A stretch of DNA of 64,000 bases from positions 5,270,001-5,334,000 of the forward strand of contig NC_086098.1 of NCBI RefSeq assembly GCF_963921235.1, written 5' to 3'. The notes under the pieces are model-generated. The model made no database searches. It was not told the origin of the DNA and saw only the letters and a program-made list of their open reading frames with translations. The DNA is from Mobula hypostoma (lineage: Eukaryota). Positions 50,786-63,609 of the stretch are shown here, piece after piece; position 1 is the first letter of the stretch; the number at the start of each line of letters is the position of its first letter. The position numbers and the translations under genes were made by a program.

Positions 50786-52589
50786 GCTTTGTTATGTGAA
50801 TTAAACTTAAATCATTGAACTCTCTCCCTTCGATATGGTCTGAACAGATTCTTCAGCAAATCTGCCCAATCCTTCTCTGGGCTTAGCAACTTGCTCATTA
50901 AGTTACATGTAAACACTCCCATCACACTAATGAGGATAGATTTCTGTTTATTTTCATCAGCAATGAAGTCTGTAACAAAGGCATTCATGGTATCCAGCGA
51001 TATTCCTACCATGTCTGGGTCTGAGAGTCCAATTCTGCAAGTGATCTTGCTATAATGGCCATTTTCCTTGTTTTTTTTTAAAGCAAAGGGTTCTTGGATT
51101 TTCCTTTAACTTATGCCATTAAACCATAAGCCATAAGAACAGAATCAGGCCATTTGGCCCATTGAGTATGCTCCACATTTCATCATGGCTGATTTATTTT
51201 CCTTCTCATCCCCTTTCTCTTTTTTTCTTTCTGTAACCTTTGACACTCTGCCTAATTGAGAACCTATCAACCTCCACTTTAAATATATGCAATGAATTGA
51301 CCTCCACAGCTGCCTCTGGCAATGAATTCCACAGATTTGCTATTTTCTGACTGAAGAAATTCCTCCTCATCTCTGTTCTAAATGGACATCCCTCTATTCT
51401 GAGACAGTGAGACTCCAGAAATAATTATGAAAGTGTGCTGCTTAACATTCAACAATGAGGCTGGGTTTTCTTCTTTGGAAAAATTATTTACTTCCTCCAA
51501 ACATGTTGAGTGCAAATGTCTGCAAATGCTGCCCCTAATCAACCTAAAATCAAATGACAATAAATAAGCCCACAAAGACAACATGAGCTTTGGTATTGTT
51601 GAGGAGAGCAGCTAATATCTATAGACGTACAGTTAAGTGTACATTTTCACATACATAATATGCATTGCAACAGGGAGAAAGCAGCACTGGGAAGTGATGT
51701 ATTGGACACCATACCTATTGCATCTCAAGCTAATCAAATTTAATTCCCTCAGAATTATTACTAAACCAGGATGAATATAATGTCAAATACAATTCTACGT
51801 TCAATGTTGCTATTATGTCATTCTACTTACTGATCCATTAAAATTTGTTTCAAATTTTCAAATAAAGCTCAAAGCAACCAGAGTAGATTTTCTCTGTTTC
51901 TTATAAACTGAAGCTAAGAAAAAATATGCCCTTTGGTTCATCAATGACATTCGTTCGGTAAAACAACTTTATTATGGACTTGGTCTGTTTAATAGCTTGA
52001 GGTAAATTTCTGTAAAATACTTTGTGACTCTACTGTAGACCAAGCTTATTGACTTGAATTTCCCATTATAAATCCAAGAGCAGCACTTTACTTGACATAA
52101 CATTTGTTATCATTTCTTTATCTTCTCTGCTGATGTCTGGATATTCACCCAGCTCACTTCACAGTTATCGATCTGCTCTGTACTGCTGTTTCAGTATTCA
52201 TTATTCTGGTGATGTGAGGCTTAAAATCCCCAACATCTCCAGGGTATTTCTCTTTCATAAATGCTATGCTTGTGTTCTTCACTTCTGTTTATAATGAAAA
52301 AATATAAATACAAATAAAAAGAGGGTTATGGTCCACAATACTATGAAGAATGAGAAAAATGTGAGCGGCAACAAATTAGTTTTAATGAACTTCAAGCTTA
52401 TATTTATTTTGGTAATGGCTTGAGACTAGTAGCCATGTTTTATTATACATAATTACCCATTAGTATTATTAATCTCCTCTACAGTAGAAGCAAAGGCTCC
52501 ATACAACTATTTATAACATGAGATTCTGGAGATTGGATTCATCCTAATTGAAACCTATTGAATGTTGGAAGGTTTTGATAGAGTTGATA

Positions 52590-53455
52590 TAGAAACATAG
52601 AAACATAGAAACATAGAAACATAGAAAATGGGTGCAGGAGTAGGCCATTCGGCCCTTTGAGCCAGCACCACCATTCACTGTGATCATGGCTGATCATCCA
52701 CTATCAGTATCCAGTTCCTGCCTTATCCCCATAACCTTTGATGCTGCTATCTTTAAGAGCTCTATCCATCTCTTTCTTAAAAGCATCCAGAGACTTGGCC
52801 TCCACATGGTTTCCTATGGTGGGAGAGACTCTGGCCAGAGGACACAGCCTCGGAATAGAGGGGCGTCCTTTTAGGGCAGAGATGCGGAGTAATTTCTTTC
52901 GCCAGAAAGTGGTGAATCTGTGGAATTTGTTACCACGGGCAGCTGTGGATACTGTTTGGGGCCCAGAATGGTAGTGAGGGAGGAGGTGTAGGGGCAGGTG
53001 TAGCACTTGTTCCACTTGCAAGGTTAAGTGCCAGGAGGGATGAATAGACCAGGGATTCGTATTGAAACATATAAAATCCTAAAGGGATTGGACAGGCTAG
53101 ATGCAGGAAGATTGTTCCCGATGTTGGGGAAGTTCAGAACGAGGGGTCACAGTTTGAGGATAAAGGGGAAGCCTTTCAGGACCGAGATTAGGAAGAACTT
53201 CTTCACACAGAGAGTGGTGAATCTGTGAAATTCTCTGCCACAGGAAACAGTTGAGGCCAGTTCATTGGCTATATTTAAGAGGGAGTTAGATATGGCCCTT
53301 GTGGCTAAAGGGATCAGGGGGTATAGAGAGAAGACAGGTACAGGGTTCTGAGTTGGGTGATCAGCCATGATCATACTGAATGGCGGTGCAGGCTCGAAGG
53401 GCCGAATGGCCTACTCCTGCCCCTATTTTCTATGTTTCTTTTCTATGTTTCTATA
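52590..53455. mobile_element. Cluster of CR1 3' ends in both orientations
   Basis: (CATAGAAA)n at ~52590-52628. 53055-53455 closely matches the 3' end of the young CR1 at 28649. Confidence 0.8.
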
Positions 53456-53456
53456 G

Positions 53457-55640
53457 GAAGCAATCCCCTTGGAAGGCAGGAAGTGGGGAGGAGGGAAAGG
53501 TGTGCTTGCTGGTGGGATCCCATTGGAGATGGCAGAAGTTCAAGATAATTTTGTGCTGGATGCAGAGCCTGTTGGATTGGTGGTGGGTGAGGGCAAGAGG
53601 AACCATATCCCTGGTAGGGTGGCACGAGGATGGGGTAAGAGCAGACGTGTGTGAAATGGAAGAGATGTGGTTGAGGGCAGCGTTGATGGTGGAGGAAGGG
53701 AAACTCCTTTCTTTGAAGAAGGAGGACACCTTCTTTGTTTTAGAATGAAAAGCCTCATCCTGAGAGCAGATGTGGTGGAGTTGGAGGAATTAAGAGGGGA
53801 TGGCGTTTTTACAAGTAACAAGGTAGGAAAAGGTATAGTCCAGGTAGCTGTGAAAATCTGTGGGTTCATAATAGACATCATAGGTAAGTTGTTTCCAGTG
53901 ATAGACATTGAGAGCGAGGAAGGGGAGGGGGGTGTCGGAAAGATATATTTGAGGGCAGGATGGAAGTTGGAGGCAAAGTTGTTGAAGTTGACGAGCTCAG
54001 CATGGGTGCAGGAAGCAGTACCCATGCAGTCGTCGATGTAGTGTAGAAAAGTGCAGGACAGTCACCAGTGTAGGCTTGGAACATAGACTGTTCAATGTAG
54101 CCGACAAACAGGTAGGGATACCGAAGACCCATGCAAGTGGCAGTGTCTAACCCTTTTGTTTGAAGGAAATGGGGGAAGCCAAAGGAAAAATTATTAACTT
54201 CCACTAGAATGAGGAGAGTAGTGGTGGAGAGGAACTGGTTGGGTCTGGTGTCCAGAAAGAAATGGAGGGCTTTGAGGCCTTCCTGGTGGGGGATGGAGGT
54301 GCATAGGGACTGGACATCCATGGTGAAAATAAGATGATTTTGCCAGGGAACTTGAAATCATTGAAAAGATCCAAAGTGTGTGAAGTGTCATGCATGTAGT
54401 TAGGAAGAGACTGAACTAGGGGTGATAAAACTGAGCCAAGGTATGCCAATATGAGTTCAGTGGTGCAGGAACAAGCTGAAACAATGGGTCTACCTGGACA
54501 AGCGGGCTTGTGGATTTTGGGTGGGAGGTAGAAATGGGAGGTGCGTGGTGTGGGAACTATGAGGTTGGTGTCGGTGGATGTGAGACACACAGAGCTAATA
54601 AGGTCAGTGATGGTGTGGAAGACAATGGCCTGGCACACCTTATTGGGGTCCTGTTCGAGGGATATGTAAGGGAGGTGTCTGAGAGTTGTCGCTAGGCCTC
54701 AACAAGGTTTGATGGTAGGGCTGGAATTAGTGCAGAGGGAGTGGAGAGCAGCACTCACAACACACTGGAGGAACTCAGCAGGTTGGGCAGCATCCGTGGA
54801 AAAGATTGATTGACGTTTCGGGCCGGAACCCTTCGTTAGGACTGTAGGGGGAAGAGGCAGAGGCCCTATAAAGAAGGTGGGGGAAGGGTGGGAAGGAGGA
54901 GTGCAGAGCAGAGTGTTCAGCAGGGGTGAAGTTGGAATTGGAATTGGAGAGAGGAGCGTTGAAGGTTGATGTCCCATCACAGTTGTCAATGAAAAGGTCC
55001 AGCGCGGGTAGAAGACTAGGGCGGGGTGTCCAAGAAGAGGAGAAGGGGTCATTGGTGTGGGGTGGAGAGTCCTTGCCAAAGAAGTAGGCACAGAGACGGA
55101 GGCAACGGAAGAAGAGCTCAACGTCATGGCGGGCATGGAACTCGCTGAGGTGTGGACGCAAGGAGACAAAGGAGAGGCCCTTACTGAGGACAGAATATTC
55201 TGCCTCAGAGAGGGGAAGGTCAGAGGGAATGGTGAAGAACTGGCATGGATGAGTACTGGGCTCCGAGGGGGGAAGATGTTGGTGGTGTCTGAGGTGAAGG
55301 GAAGTTTGGGGTGTTTAGGGATGGTGGGGTGAGAGGAAGATGGAGTCTCCGAGAGCCCAAGAGTTGGTGGTGGGACTTGAGAAAGATGGGATTGCAGAGT
55401 AGCGGTGGGAAGGGGAGATGGGGGTTCCAGTGGCAGCCCATGAAGACATGGCCTGGAGGTCAAGGCCGGATTCAGATTTGGAGATTGTGCAGTCAGCAAC
55501 TTGGAGGTGTCTGAGGTAGCTGGAACCCGCATTGATGGCAGTGGAGTCCGGGTTCTGATTCTGCTCAGGATTGTTAGAGCTATTGAGGTCGGTAGCAAGG
55601 ATCACAGTCTGGAGATATCTGGGCCTGCCATCGATAGTGC
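53457..55640 (-). mobile_element. Penelope-like element (N-terminal region and RT), decayed, with nested pLTR piece ~54752-54897
   Basis: FYLPPKIHKP..PGRPIVS, MDVQSLCTSIP, MGLRYPYLFVGY motifs. Nested piece flanked by GGAGTGGAGAGCAG / GGAGTGCAGAGCAG. Confidence 0.88.
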
Positions 55641-55799
55641 AAGTAAACTAATTTTGCTGCTATATCTTATGGTCTTATGGTTTTAATCTTTATTCCAGAG
55701 ATAACCTCTGATCTCTCTTCTCTATTTTTATTCTTTGCCTCAAAGACTTGAGAAGAAGATGAATGATTATTTGGATATTGAAAGGACTAGAAAGTAAAA

Positions 55800-56415
55800 G
55801 CTGCATGAAATGCTAGGGCTTTTTATAAGGCCTCATTTGGAGTATTGTGAGCAGGTTTGGTCTCCATAAGAAAGGATGTGCTAAGTGGCAGTAGATGGTT
55901 GCCTCTCTGACTGGAGACCTGTGACTAGTGGTGTGCAGGGGATTGGTGCGCTGTCCATTGTTGTTTGCCAATTATCTGGATAATAATGTGGTTTACTAGA
56001 TCAGCAGACTGGGGCTGTAGTGGACAGTGAGGAAGGCTATCATGGCTTATCGAGGGATCTGCATCAGCTGGAAAAATGGGCTGAAAAGTGGCAGATAGAA
56101 CTTAATGCAGACAAGTGTGAGGTTTTGCATTTCAGTAGGACCAACCAGGGTAGGTCTTCCACAGTGAATGGTAGGAAACTGAGGATTGTCGTAGAACAAA
56201 GGAACCTGAGAGTACAGGAATCCATTGAAAGAGGTGTCACAGGTTGATAGGGTCATAAAGAAAAATTCTGGCATATCGGCCTTCATAAATTAAAGTATTG
56301 AGTACAGGAGATGTTCAAATTGTGTAAAACATTGGCGAGGCCTAATTTGGAGTATTGTGTGCACCTGCTTTCAGGAAAAATGTAAGTAATGTTGAAAAAG
56401 TGCAGAGAAAATTTG
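55800..56415 (+). mobile_element. Old CR1 RT fragments
   Basis: LEKWAEKWQIELNADKCEVLHF motif. Confidence 0.7.
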
Positions 56416-56859
56416 GAATCAGAATCAGATTTAACATCACTGGCATATGTTGTGAAATTTGTTAACTTTGTGGTAGCAGTACATCGCAATAAATGATGAT
56501 ATAGGAAAAAATTGTGTGTGTATATATATACACACACACATAGTATAAATAAAATAGCAAAATCAGAGTTAAAAAAGTAGTGTTGTAGTGTTCATGGGTT
56601 CAATGTCCGTTCAGAAATCGGATGGCAGAGGAGAAGAAGCTGTTCCTGAAGCACTGACAGTGTTTCCTCAGGCTTCTGTACCCTCTTCTACTAGGCAGAG
56701 GGGGTGACATGGCTCTTCTGGTAAAGAATGTTCTGGCCTGGTCACTGATACCCAACTCCTGAAACAGAACTTGTTTGAGGTGTACAATATGACAAGAGAC
56801 CAAGATAGAGTGGACAGCCAACACCTTTTTCCCAGGGTGGAAATGGCCCCAATCAATTG

Positions 56860-57628
56860 GGATTGGCAACAACATCTCCTCCATGGTATCATCAGCAGGG
56901 CTGCACCACAAATCTATATGCTTAGCTCCCTGCTCTACTCACTTCATGCTTATAACTGTGCAGCTAAGCACGGCTCCAATGCCAAATTCAAGTTTGCTGA
57001 CAACACCACTGTCATAGGCCAAATCAAAAGTGGTGATGAATCAGCATATAGGAGGGAGATTGAAAATCTGACTGAGTGGTGCAATAACAATAACCTCTTA
57101 CTCAATGTCAACAAGATCAAGGAGGTGATTACTGACTTCAGGAGAAGGAAACCTGAGGTCCATAAGCCAGTCCTCACTGGAGGATCAGAGGTGGAGAGGG
57201 TCAGCAACTCTAAAGTCCTCTGTGTTATTGTTTCTGAGGAGCTGTCCTGGGCCCAGCACGCAGTGGAATTACAAACAAAGCACGGCAGTGCCTCTACTCC
57301 TTAGGAGTCTGCGAAGATTTGGCGTGACATCTAAAACTGAAAACTTTTATAGATGTGTGGTGGAGAGTATATTGATTGGTTGCAACATGGCCTGGTATGG
57401 AAATGCCAACGTTCTTGAACAGAAAACCCTACTAAAAGTGATAGATATGGCCCAGTCCATCATGGTTGAAGCCCTCCCCACCATTGAGCACTTCTACACA
57501 AAACGCTGTCGCAGGAAAGCAGCATCCATCATCTAGGACTTCCACCACCTGAGACATTCTCTCTTCTCACTGCTGCCATCAGGAAGAAGGTACAAGAGCC
57601 TCAGGACTGACACCAGCAGGTTCAAGGA
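56860..57628 (+). mobile_element. Rex1/Babar LINE RT and C-terminal fragment
   Basis: KFADNTTVIG, LNVNKIKEVITDFRR, FYRCVVESILIGC, LLPSGRRY motifs. Confidence 0.85.
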
Positions 57629-58039
57629 TTTGTGAGTGTGTGGAACACCCTGCCGGGATGGTGATAGAGGCAGATATATTGGAAAGATTTAAGAGATTCT
57701 TAATGAATGAAATAAAAAATAATTGAAGGCCATGATATTAGGGTTAGATTGGTGTTGGAATTGGTTAAAATGTCAGTAAAACATCATGGGCCAAAATATT
57801 GTGTTCTAAAATATCTCTGAACCCTTTTTCCTTTTAGAGACCGACTGCCCTTATATGTCCTCTAAAAGGTGGCATGGCATGTGGTTTATTGAGTTGGAAA
57901 TCATAGTCAGATGGTCAGTCAATAAAGCCATTCAATACTATGACTTCCTTCACTGTTTCTTTGCTAGTATGAGGTTTGGGACATGTTAACTCCTCATATA
58001 TGCTAGATATTAATGTTTTCAAAAGGCAGCTTGAGAAAG

Positions 58040-58465
58040 GCTAACACAAACAAAATACCAGAGGAATTCAGCAGGACAGGCAGGTTCTATGGAAAATAAT
58101 AAAGAGTCAACGTTTTGGGCTGAGACCTTGCATCAGGATTGGAACAGAAAGGGGAAGAATCTATAATAAAAAGGTGGAGCATGGGTAAGGAGTACAAGCC
58201 AGAAGATGTTAGGTGAGACCAGGTGGGTGGGGAAGGGAGGTGATGTGAGAAGCTGGAAGGTGATAGGTGGAAGAGGTAACGGCTTGAGAAGAAGGAATAT
58301 GATTGGAGAGAAGAGTGGACCAGAGTAGGCCAGGGAGGTGATAAGCAGACAGCAGAAGAGATGAGGTAAGAGGGGAGCCACAATGGGGAAAGGAAACAGA
58401 GAGAAGGGAGAGGAGAAGAAATGAATGTAAATTAGAGAAATCGATGTTCATGCAGTCAGGTTCAT
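58040..58465 (-). mobile_element. Old Penelope-like 3' end
   Basis: MNIDFSN ORF end, pyrimidine-rich UTR, degenerate hammerhead. Confidence 0.7.
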
Positions 58466-59087
58466 GCCTTGAGAAAGGCTGCTTTGTTATTTTTGACATT
58501 ACTGATGCTTTCTTACTGAAGGAGTGTACTTTGAACAGAAACCAGGTTTCCCCCTTGTCACTAATGGTCTATTTTAGAATGTATTTGTACACATGGGAAT
58601 AAAAGGAACAGGGTGAACGGGGACCATTTTGGATGCAAAGGAGCTGAGGTGTCACAGGATGCCGAATCAGAGTTAGTGAGAATGATGTATTCATTGGCCC
58701 TGAGGAAACGGAACCAACTCAGGAGAGAAGCCATGCCTGTGTATGGTTTAATTCCACTGGAAAATGACTCTGGAGCTCTGAGACATACCGGTATGCCCTA
58801 AGGCAAATATGGCAGTCAGACGAATGATGGTCTTAAATTTCAATGCATCTTAGTGGTATTAGTCTGTCTGAAGCACTTCATTTCTTTCAGTAGGTGACTG
58901 AAGCTTTACTAGAGCTAAGCAACATTATCTAAGCCACTAAAACTTAAAGAAGCAACCTACTCTAGTCTATAAAGCTTTCATACTATTAAAATAGTCTGCT
59001 GTTTAGTTGATGGTAGCTGTATAGGTTTTTAGACTTCTCTTGTAAAGAAGTTTTCGTACAGGGAAGACTGTAAGACCTAGGAGCAAT

Positions 59088-59502
59088 TAAAGAGTCAACA
59101 TTTTGTGCCCAGACCTTGCATCAGGATTGGAACAGAAAGGGGAAGAATCTATAATAAAAAGGTGGGGCATGGGTAAGGAGTACAAGCCAGAAGATGTTAG
59201 GTGAGACCAGGTGGGTGGGAAAGGGAGATGATGTGAGAAGCTGGAAGGTGATAGGTGGAAACCTTTATCTTTACCTTTCTCTTTACTGGTTTTTCACCTG
59301 GAACCTACCAGCCTTCTCCTTCCCACCCTCCCCCCACCTTCTTTATAGGGCCTCTGCCCCTGCTCTCTACAGTCCTGACGAAGGGTTCCGGCCCGAAACG
59401 TTGACCGATCTTTTCCACGGATGCTGCCCGACCTGCTGAGTTCCTCCAGCGTGTAGTGAGTGTTGCTTTGACCCCGGCATCTGCAGAGTATTTTGTGTTT
59501 AC
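59088..59502. mobile_element. Composite PLE insertion: duplicate of local old PLE (59088-59260) fused inversely to a young pLTR (59261-59500)
   Basis: 59088-59260 is nearly identical to 58100-58272. The young part has an intact hammerhead. Confidence 0.75.
59372..59405 (+). ncRNA. Minimal hammerhead ribozyme (PLE type)
   Basis: GTC CTGACGA AGGGTTCCGGCCC GAAA CGTT GAC: intact core with GUU triplet. Confidence 0.7.
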
Positions 59503-59599
59503 GATATTAAGCCAGTCGGCCGTCGAGCCTGCTCTGCCAAGGGATCGTGCAGATGCTGGAAGATCAGAGTAACACATGCAAAATGCTGGGGAACTCAGT

Positions 59600-59980
59600 T
59601 CATAGAGTCATAGAAAAGTACAGCACAGAAGCAGGCTCTTTGGCCCATCTAGTCCATGTCGAACCATTTAAACTGCCTATTCCCATCAACTAGCACCAGC
59701 TCCATAGCCCTCCATACCCCTAACGTCTTTGTACCTATCCAAGCTTCTCTTAAACATTGAAATCGAGCTGGCATGCATCACTCGCATTGGCAGCTTGTTC
59801 CACACTCTCTTCACCCTCTGAGTAAAGATGTTTCCCCTCAGGTTCCCCTTAAACTTTTCACCTTTCCTCCTTAACCCGTGACCTGTAGTTGTCGTCCAAC
59901 CCAACCTCTGGAAAAGGCCTGCTTGCCTTATCTATACCCCTCATAATTTTCTATACCTCTACCTAATCTCCTCTTAATCT
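59600..59980 (-). mobile_element. CR1 3' fragment
   Basis: GHGLRRKGEKF...FTQRV motif and CR1 3'UTR. Confidence 0.75.
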
Positions 59981-61094
59981 GAAGTCTGCGTTTATTGTCA
60001 CTCAGCTATACCCAAGTATACAACCAAATGAAACAATGTTCTTCCAGACCAAGGTGCACAACACAGTACATGAATCTCACACACAGCACATTTTGTCCAT
60101 CGTGTCTACTCCACCATTTCAGCAAGGCTGATCCATTTCCCTCTATAAGACTTTAGACATGGGAGCAGAATTAGGCCATTCGGCCCATCGAGTCTTCTCC
60201 GCCAAGAGATTCTGCAGATGCTGGACATCCGGAGTAACACAGGTAAAATGATGGAGGAACTCAGTTCAAATTCAAGTTTATTGTCATTCAACCATATACA
60301 TGCATACCGCCAAATGAAACAATGTTCCTCAGGACCTGGGTGAACAATGTAACTCACATGTACATGTAACTCACACACAACAAATAAAATAATATTACCA
60401 CAAATAAATCAACAAATAATAAAATTCCAGAAGACTGACATTCAGGAAGTTAGGCAGCATCTAAGGAAAGGAATAAAGATGTTTCTTTATGAAAGATCTC
60501 AGCTTGAGATGTTGCTAAGTCCTGATGAAAGGTCTTCGCTCGAATTGTCAACTCTTCATTCATTTCCATCGTTGCTGCCACCTGACCTGCTGAGTTTCTC
60601 TAGCATTTCGTGTGTGCTTCCTACAGAGAAATATAGGTCTTCTATTTAATCAGTACCCATGTTCACTATATAATGTTGGCAAAGGCACAAGTTTAGATTG
60701 AATTTTGTGATATTTTCAATTTAAGAGAGTGGATTGTTCTTGTTACTTTATTTTATTTTACTTTCAGCTGGTTAGCCTGCAGAGTAACATCTGTCCACTA
60801 GGCAGAATCAGAATCACTTTATTGCCAGTATGTGAGACATACCAGAATTTATTATGGTTCGGTGTCAAGCATAAAACACAGTACAACACCATAACAGACA
60901 ACACAATAGCAACCAACAGTTTATAAGACAATAGTGCAAACAGCCATGAGCAATGGACAATTAGCAGAATGGTTACAGGCGCAAATGTCAACAATCAAAC
61001 TGAAATAAATGTGAGCACTCTTTAGCCAGAGGGTGGTGAATCAGTGGAATTCCTTGTCACAAGCAGCTGTGGAGGCCAAGTCTTTATGTATATT

Positions 61095-61580
61095 TGAATG
61101 AATGAATGAATTGAATGAATTGACTTTATTTCTTACATCCTTCACATACATGAGGAGTAAAAATCTTTATGTTATGTCCCCGTCTAAATGTGCAATGTGC
61201 AATCATAGTAATTTATAATAATTTACTGTATAATAAATAGAACAATCAACGTAACATAGAAATACACTCAAATCAGCATGAGTTAATCAGTCTGATGGTC
61301 TGGTGGAAGAAGCTGTCCCAGAGCCTGTTGGTCCTGGCTTTTATGCTGCAGTACTGTTTCCCGGATGGTAGCAGCTGGAATAGACCATGGTTGGGGTGAC
61401 TTGGGTCTTCAGTGATCCTTGGGCCCCTTTTTCATACCTGTCTTTGTAAATGTCTTGAATCATGGAATGCTCACAACTATAGATGTGCTGGGCTGTCTGC
61501 ACCACTCTCTGCGGAATCCTGCGATATACCAGGCAGTCAGGATGCTCTCAATTGTGCCCCTGTAGAAAGTTCTTCGGATT
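61095..61580 (-). mobile_element. Rex1-type 3' end with (TTCA)n tail
   Basis: Minus strand reads FQLLPSGKQYCSIKARTNRLWDSFFHQTIRLINS. GAAT repeats on plus strand. Confidence 0.7.
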
Positions 61581-63186
61581 TGGGATTCTTGATTAGTCAG
61601 GGCATGAAGAGATGGGGGGAAGGCAGGTGATTGGGGCTGAGAGGAAAAATTGATCAGCCATGATGAAATGGCAGAGCAGCCAAATGGCCTAATTCTGATC
61701 CTATATCGTACAGTCTTCTGGTCTTATATCAACAGACTCAATAATTACCAACAGAACCAGGAGAGCAGGAAAGACCATTTAACTGATGTTGTGCAGGGTC
61801 AGTCAGGGTATTACACCTGAGTGAGTTTTATTGAGAAGCTGGATAGCTACAGGAAAGAAGCCTTGGAGATGACGTCTAGTCCTGGTGGTGATGGACTTGT
61901 AGCATCTCTCTGATTGCAATTTGGTAATTTGGTGACTGCTAGGGTGGGTGGAGTCAGCAGTAACTCTTTTCAGCTCTTTTCTTGGCTCTGGTGATGAGCA
62001 GGTCTTTTAACGTTGGTAGCTGACAGCCGGTGATCTTCTCCACTGAGTGGACCTCTCACTGGAACATGGACCTGGAGAGGGAGACCAAACGGTGATAGAG
62101 GGGGTCACAACACTTACTTTGCCCAGTAGTTTGTTTATCAGAGGCCCCGCTATTTGTGTGGAGATGGAGGGGGCACAGTGGGGAAGCCTACCAGGTCTTC
62201 CCGCACTAAGCCAATTAGTGACGATTCTACTGACATTTCAAAAAGGTGGCACTAAGGCCAATGTTCAGAGAATGGAAAAGAATAACGATGATCATCATTA
62301 TGTTCCATGCCATACGACATAAGTGATCATGTTGACCATGATTGCTCTTGGCAAACCTTTCTACAGGAGTGGTTTGCCATTGCCTTCTTCTGGGCAGTGC
62401 CTTTACAAGATGGGTGGCTCCAGCCATTATTAGTGCTCTTCAGGGATGGCCTGCCTGGCATCAGTGGTCATATAACCAGAACTTGTGATATGCACCAGCT
62501 GCTCGAACAACCATCCATCACCTGCTCTCATGGCTTCACGTGACCCTCATCGGGGGGGCTAAGCAAGTACGGCACCTTGCCCAAGGATGACCTGCAGGTT
62601 AGCAGAGGAAAGGAGCACCTTACACCTCCTTTGGTAGAGATGTATCTCCATCCCACTACCACAGAAGAAGAATGATAAATTGACTAAACTTTAGAACTTA
62701 GGAGTGGACACTGACAGAACAGCACTACTGCCTCACATTTCCAGAGACCCTGGTTGGGTCTTCAGATCTGCATGTTCTCCTTCTGACTTTGTGGATTTTT
62801 CCAAATGCTCTAATTCTCTCCCAGACACCAAAGATGGGATGGTTGGTAGTTCAACTAGCAATTGCAGATTGTCCCACATCAAAGTGGGAGGCAGGAGAAT
62901 TGGTGGGAGGGGGTAGAGGAGATGATGGGAAACATAAACACAAGAGGTTCTGCAAATGCTGGAAATCCACATAACACACACAGAATGCTGGAGGAACTCA
63001 GCAGGTCAGGCAGCGTCTATGAAGAGAGGAATAAAGGGTTGATGTTTTGGCCTGAGACCCTTCAGCAGGACTGGAGTCTTGGAATCATCAGACCTGACTT
63101 CTTCCCCCTTCCCTTGCAATTCTGGTGAAGGGTCTTCCCTGCTTTCCCCATTTCGTTGGCATTTATCTGAAGTACACTACAACCCT

Positions 63187-63609
63187 TGTCATGAGCCCGG
63201 TGGGCCTCTGCGGAGAGCCGCAGTGAGTTGGGCTTCTAGGTTTCTAGAGCACCTGTATTTACTAATTGTTGTCTTAATGACAGATGTTAAACCCTTCTGC
63301 TTTCTGTTTAATCTTGTCAAGTTAATTGTGACTGGCTCAGGCTTTCCACTTTCTCTGATTATTGAATGTGAACTGTCATTTAATGCTGAGGTCAGGATCC
63401 TTGTGTATTGAGAATGATTTGTCTCGCGGTGTTGCTCAGTTGCACCTCCAGTGCACCATTGGTATTCCTATGTGTAACCTCTCGTTTCCTTCTCTACTTG
63501 GGAGTCTGCCGTTCCTCTGCCCCTGGGTTCATTCACTGCCTGCATTTACTGTGACAGACTCTGCCATCCTCTGCCCCTGGGTTCAGTCCTGCCAGTGACC
63601 ACCTTGACA
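63187..63609 (+). mobile_element. Probable solo LTR
   Basis: TGTCATG...TTGACA termini with flanking ACAACCC-like duplication. Ends resemble those of the 23694 LTR. Confidence 0.5.

Larger units (their letters stand above)
15108..52284 (-). pseudogene. Putative decayed multi-exon host gene (candidate exons ~52092-52284, 51831-51913, 50812-51543, 47345-47587, ~32900-33316, 19367-19566, ~17910-18080, 15108-15236); tentatively CCDC162-like
   Basis: Non-repeat islands with minus-strand acceptors and, for most, GT donors. Three consecutive exons have compatible phases. Protein-like frames contain in-frame TGA/TAA. Family assignment rests only on recalled resemblance. Confidence 0.5.

Noticed and set aside
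58520..58860. Possible additional exon
   Set aside because: Unique sequence with a candidate acceptor but no convincing frame and donor pair, so left uncalled.
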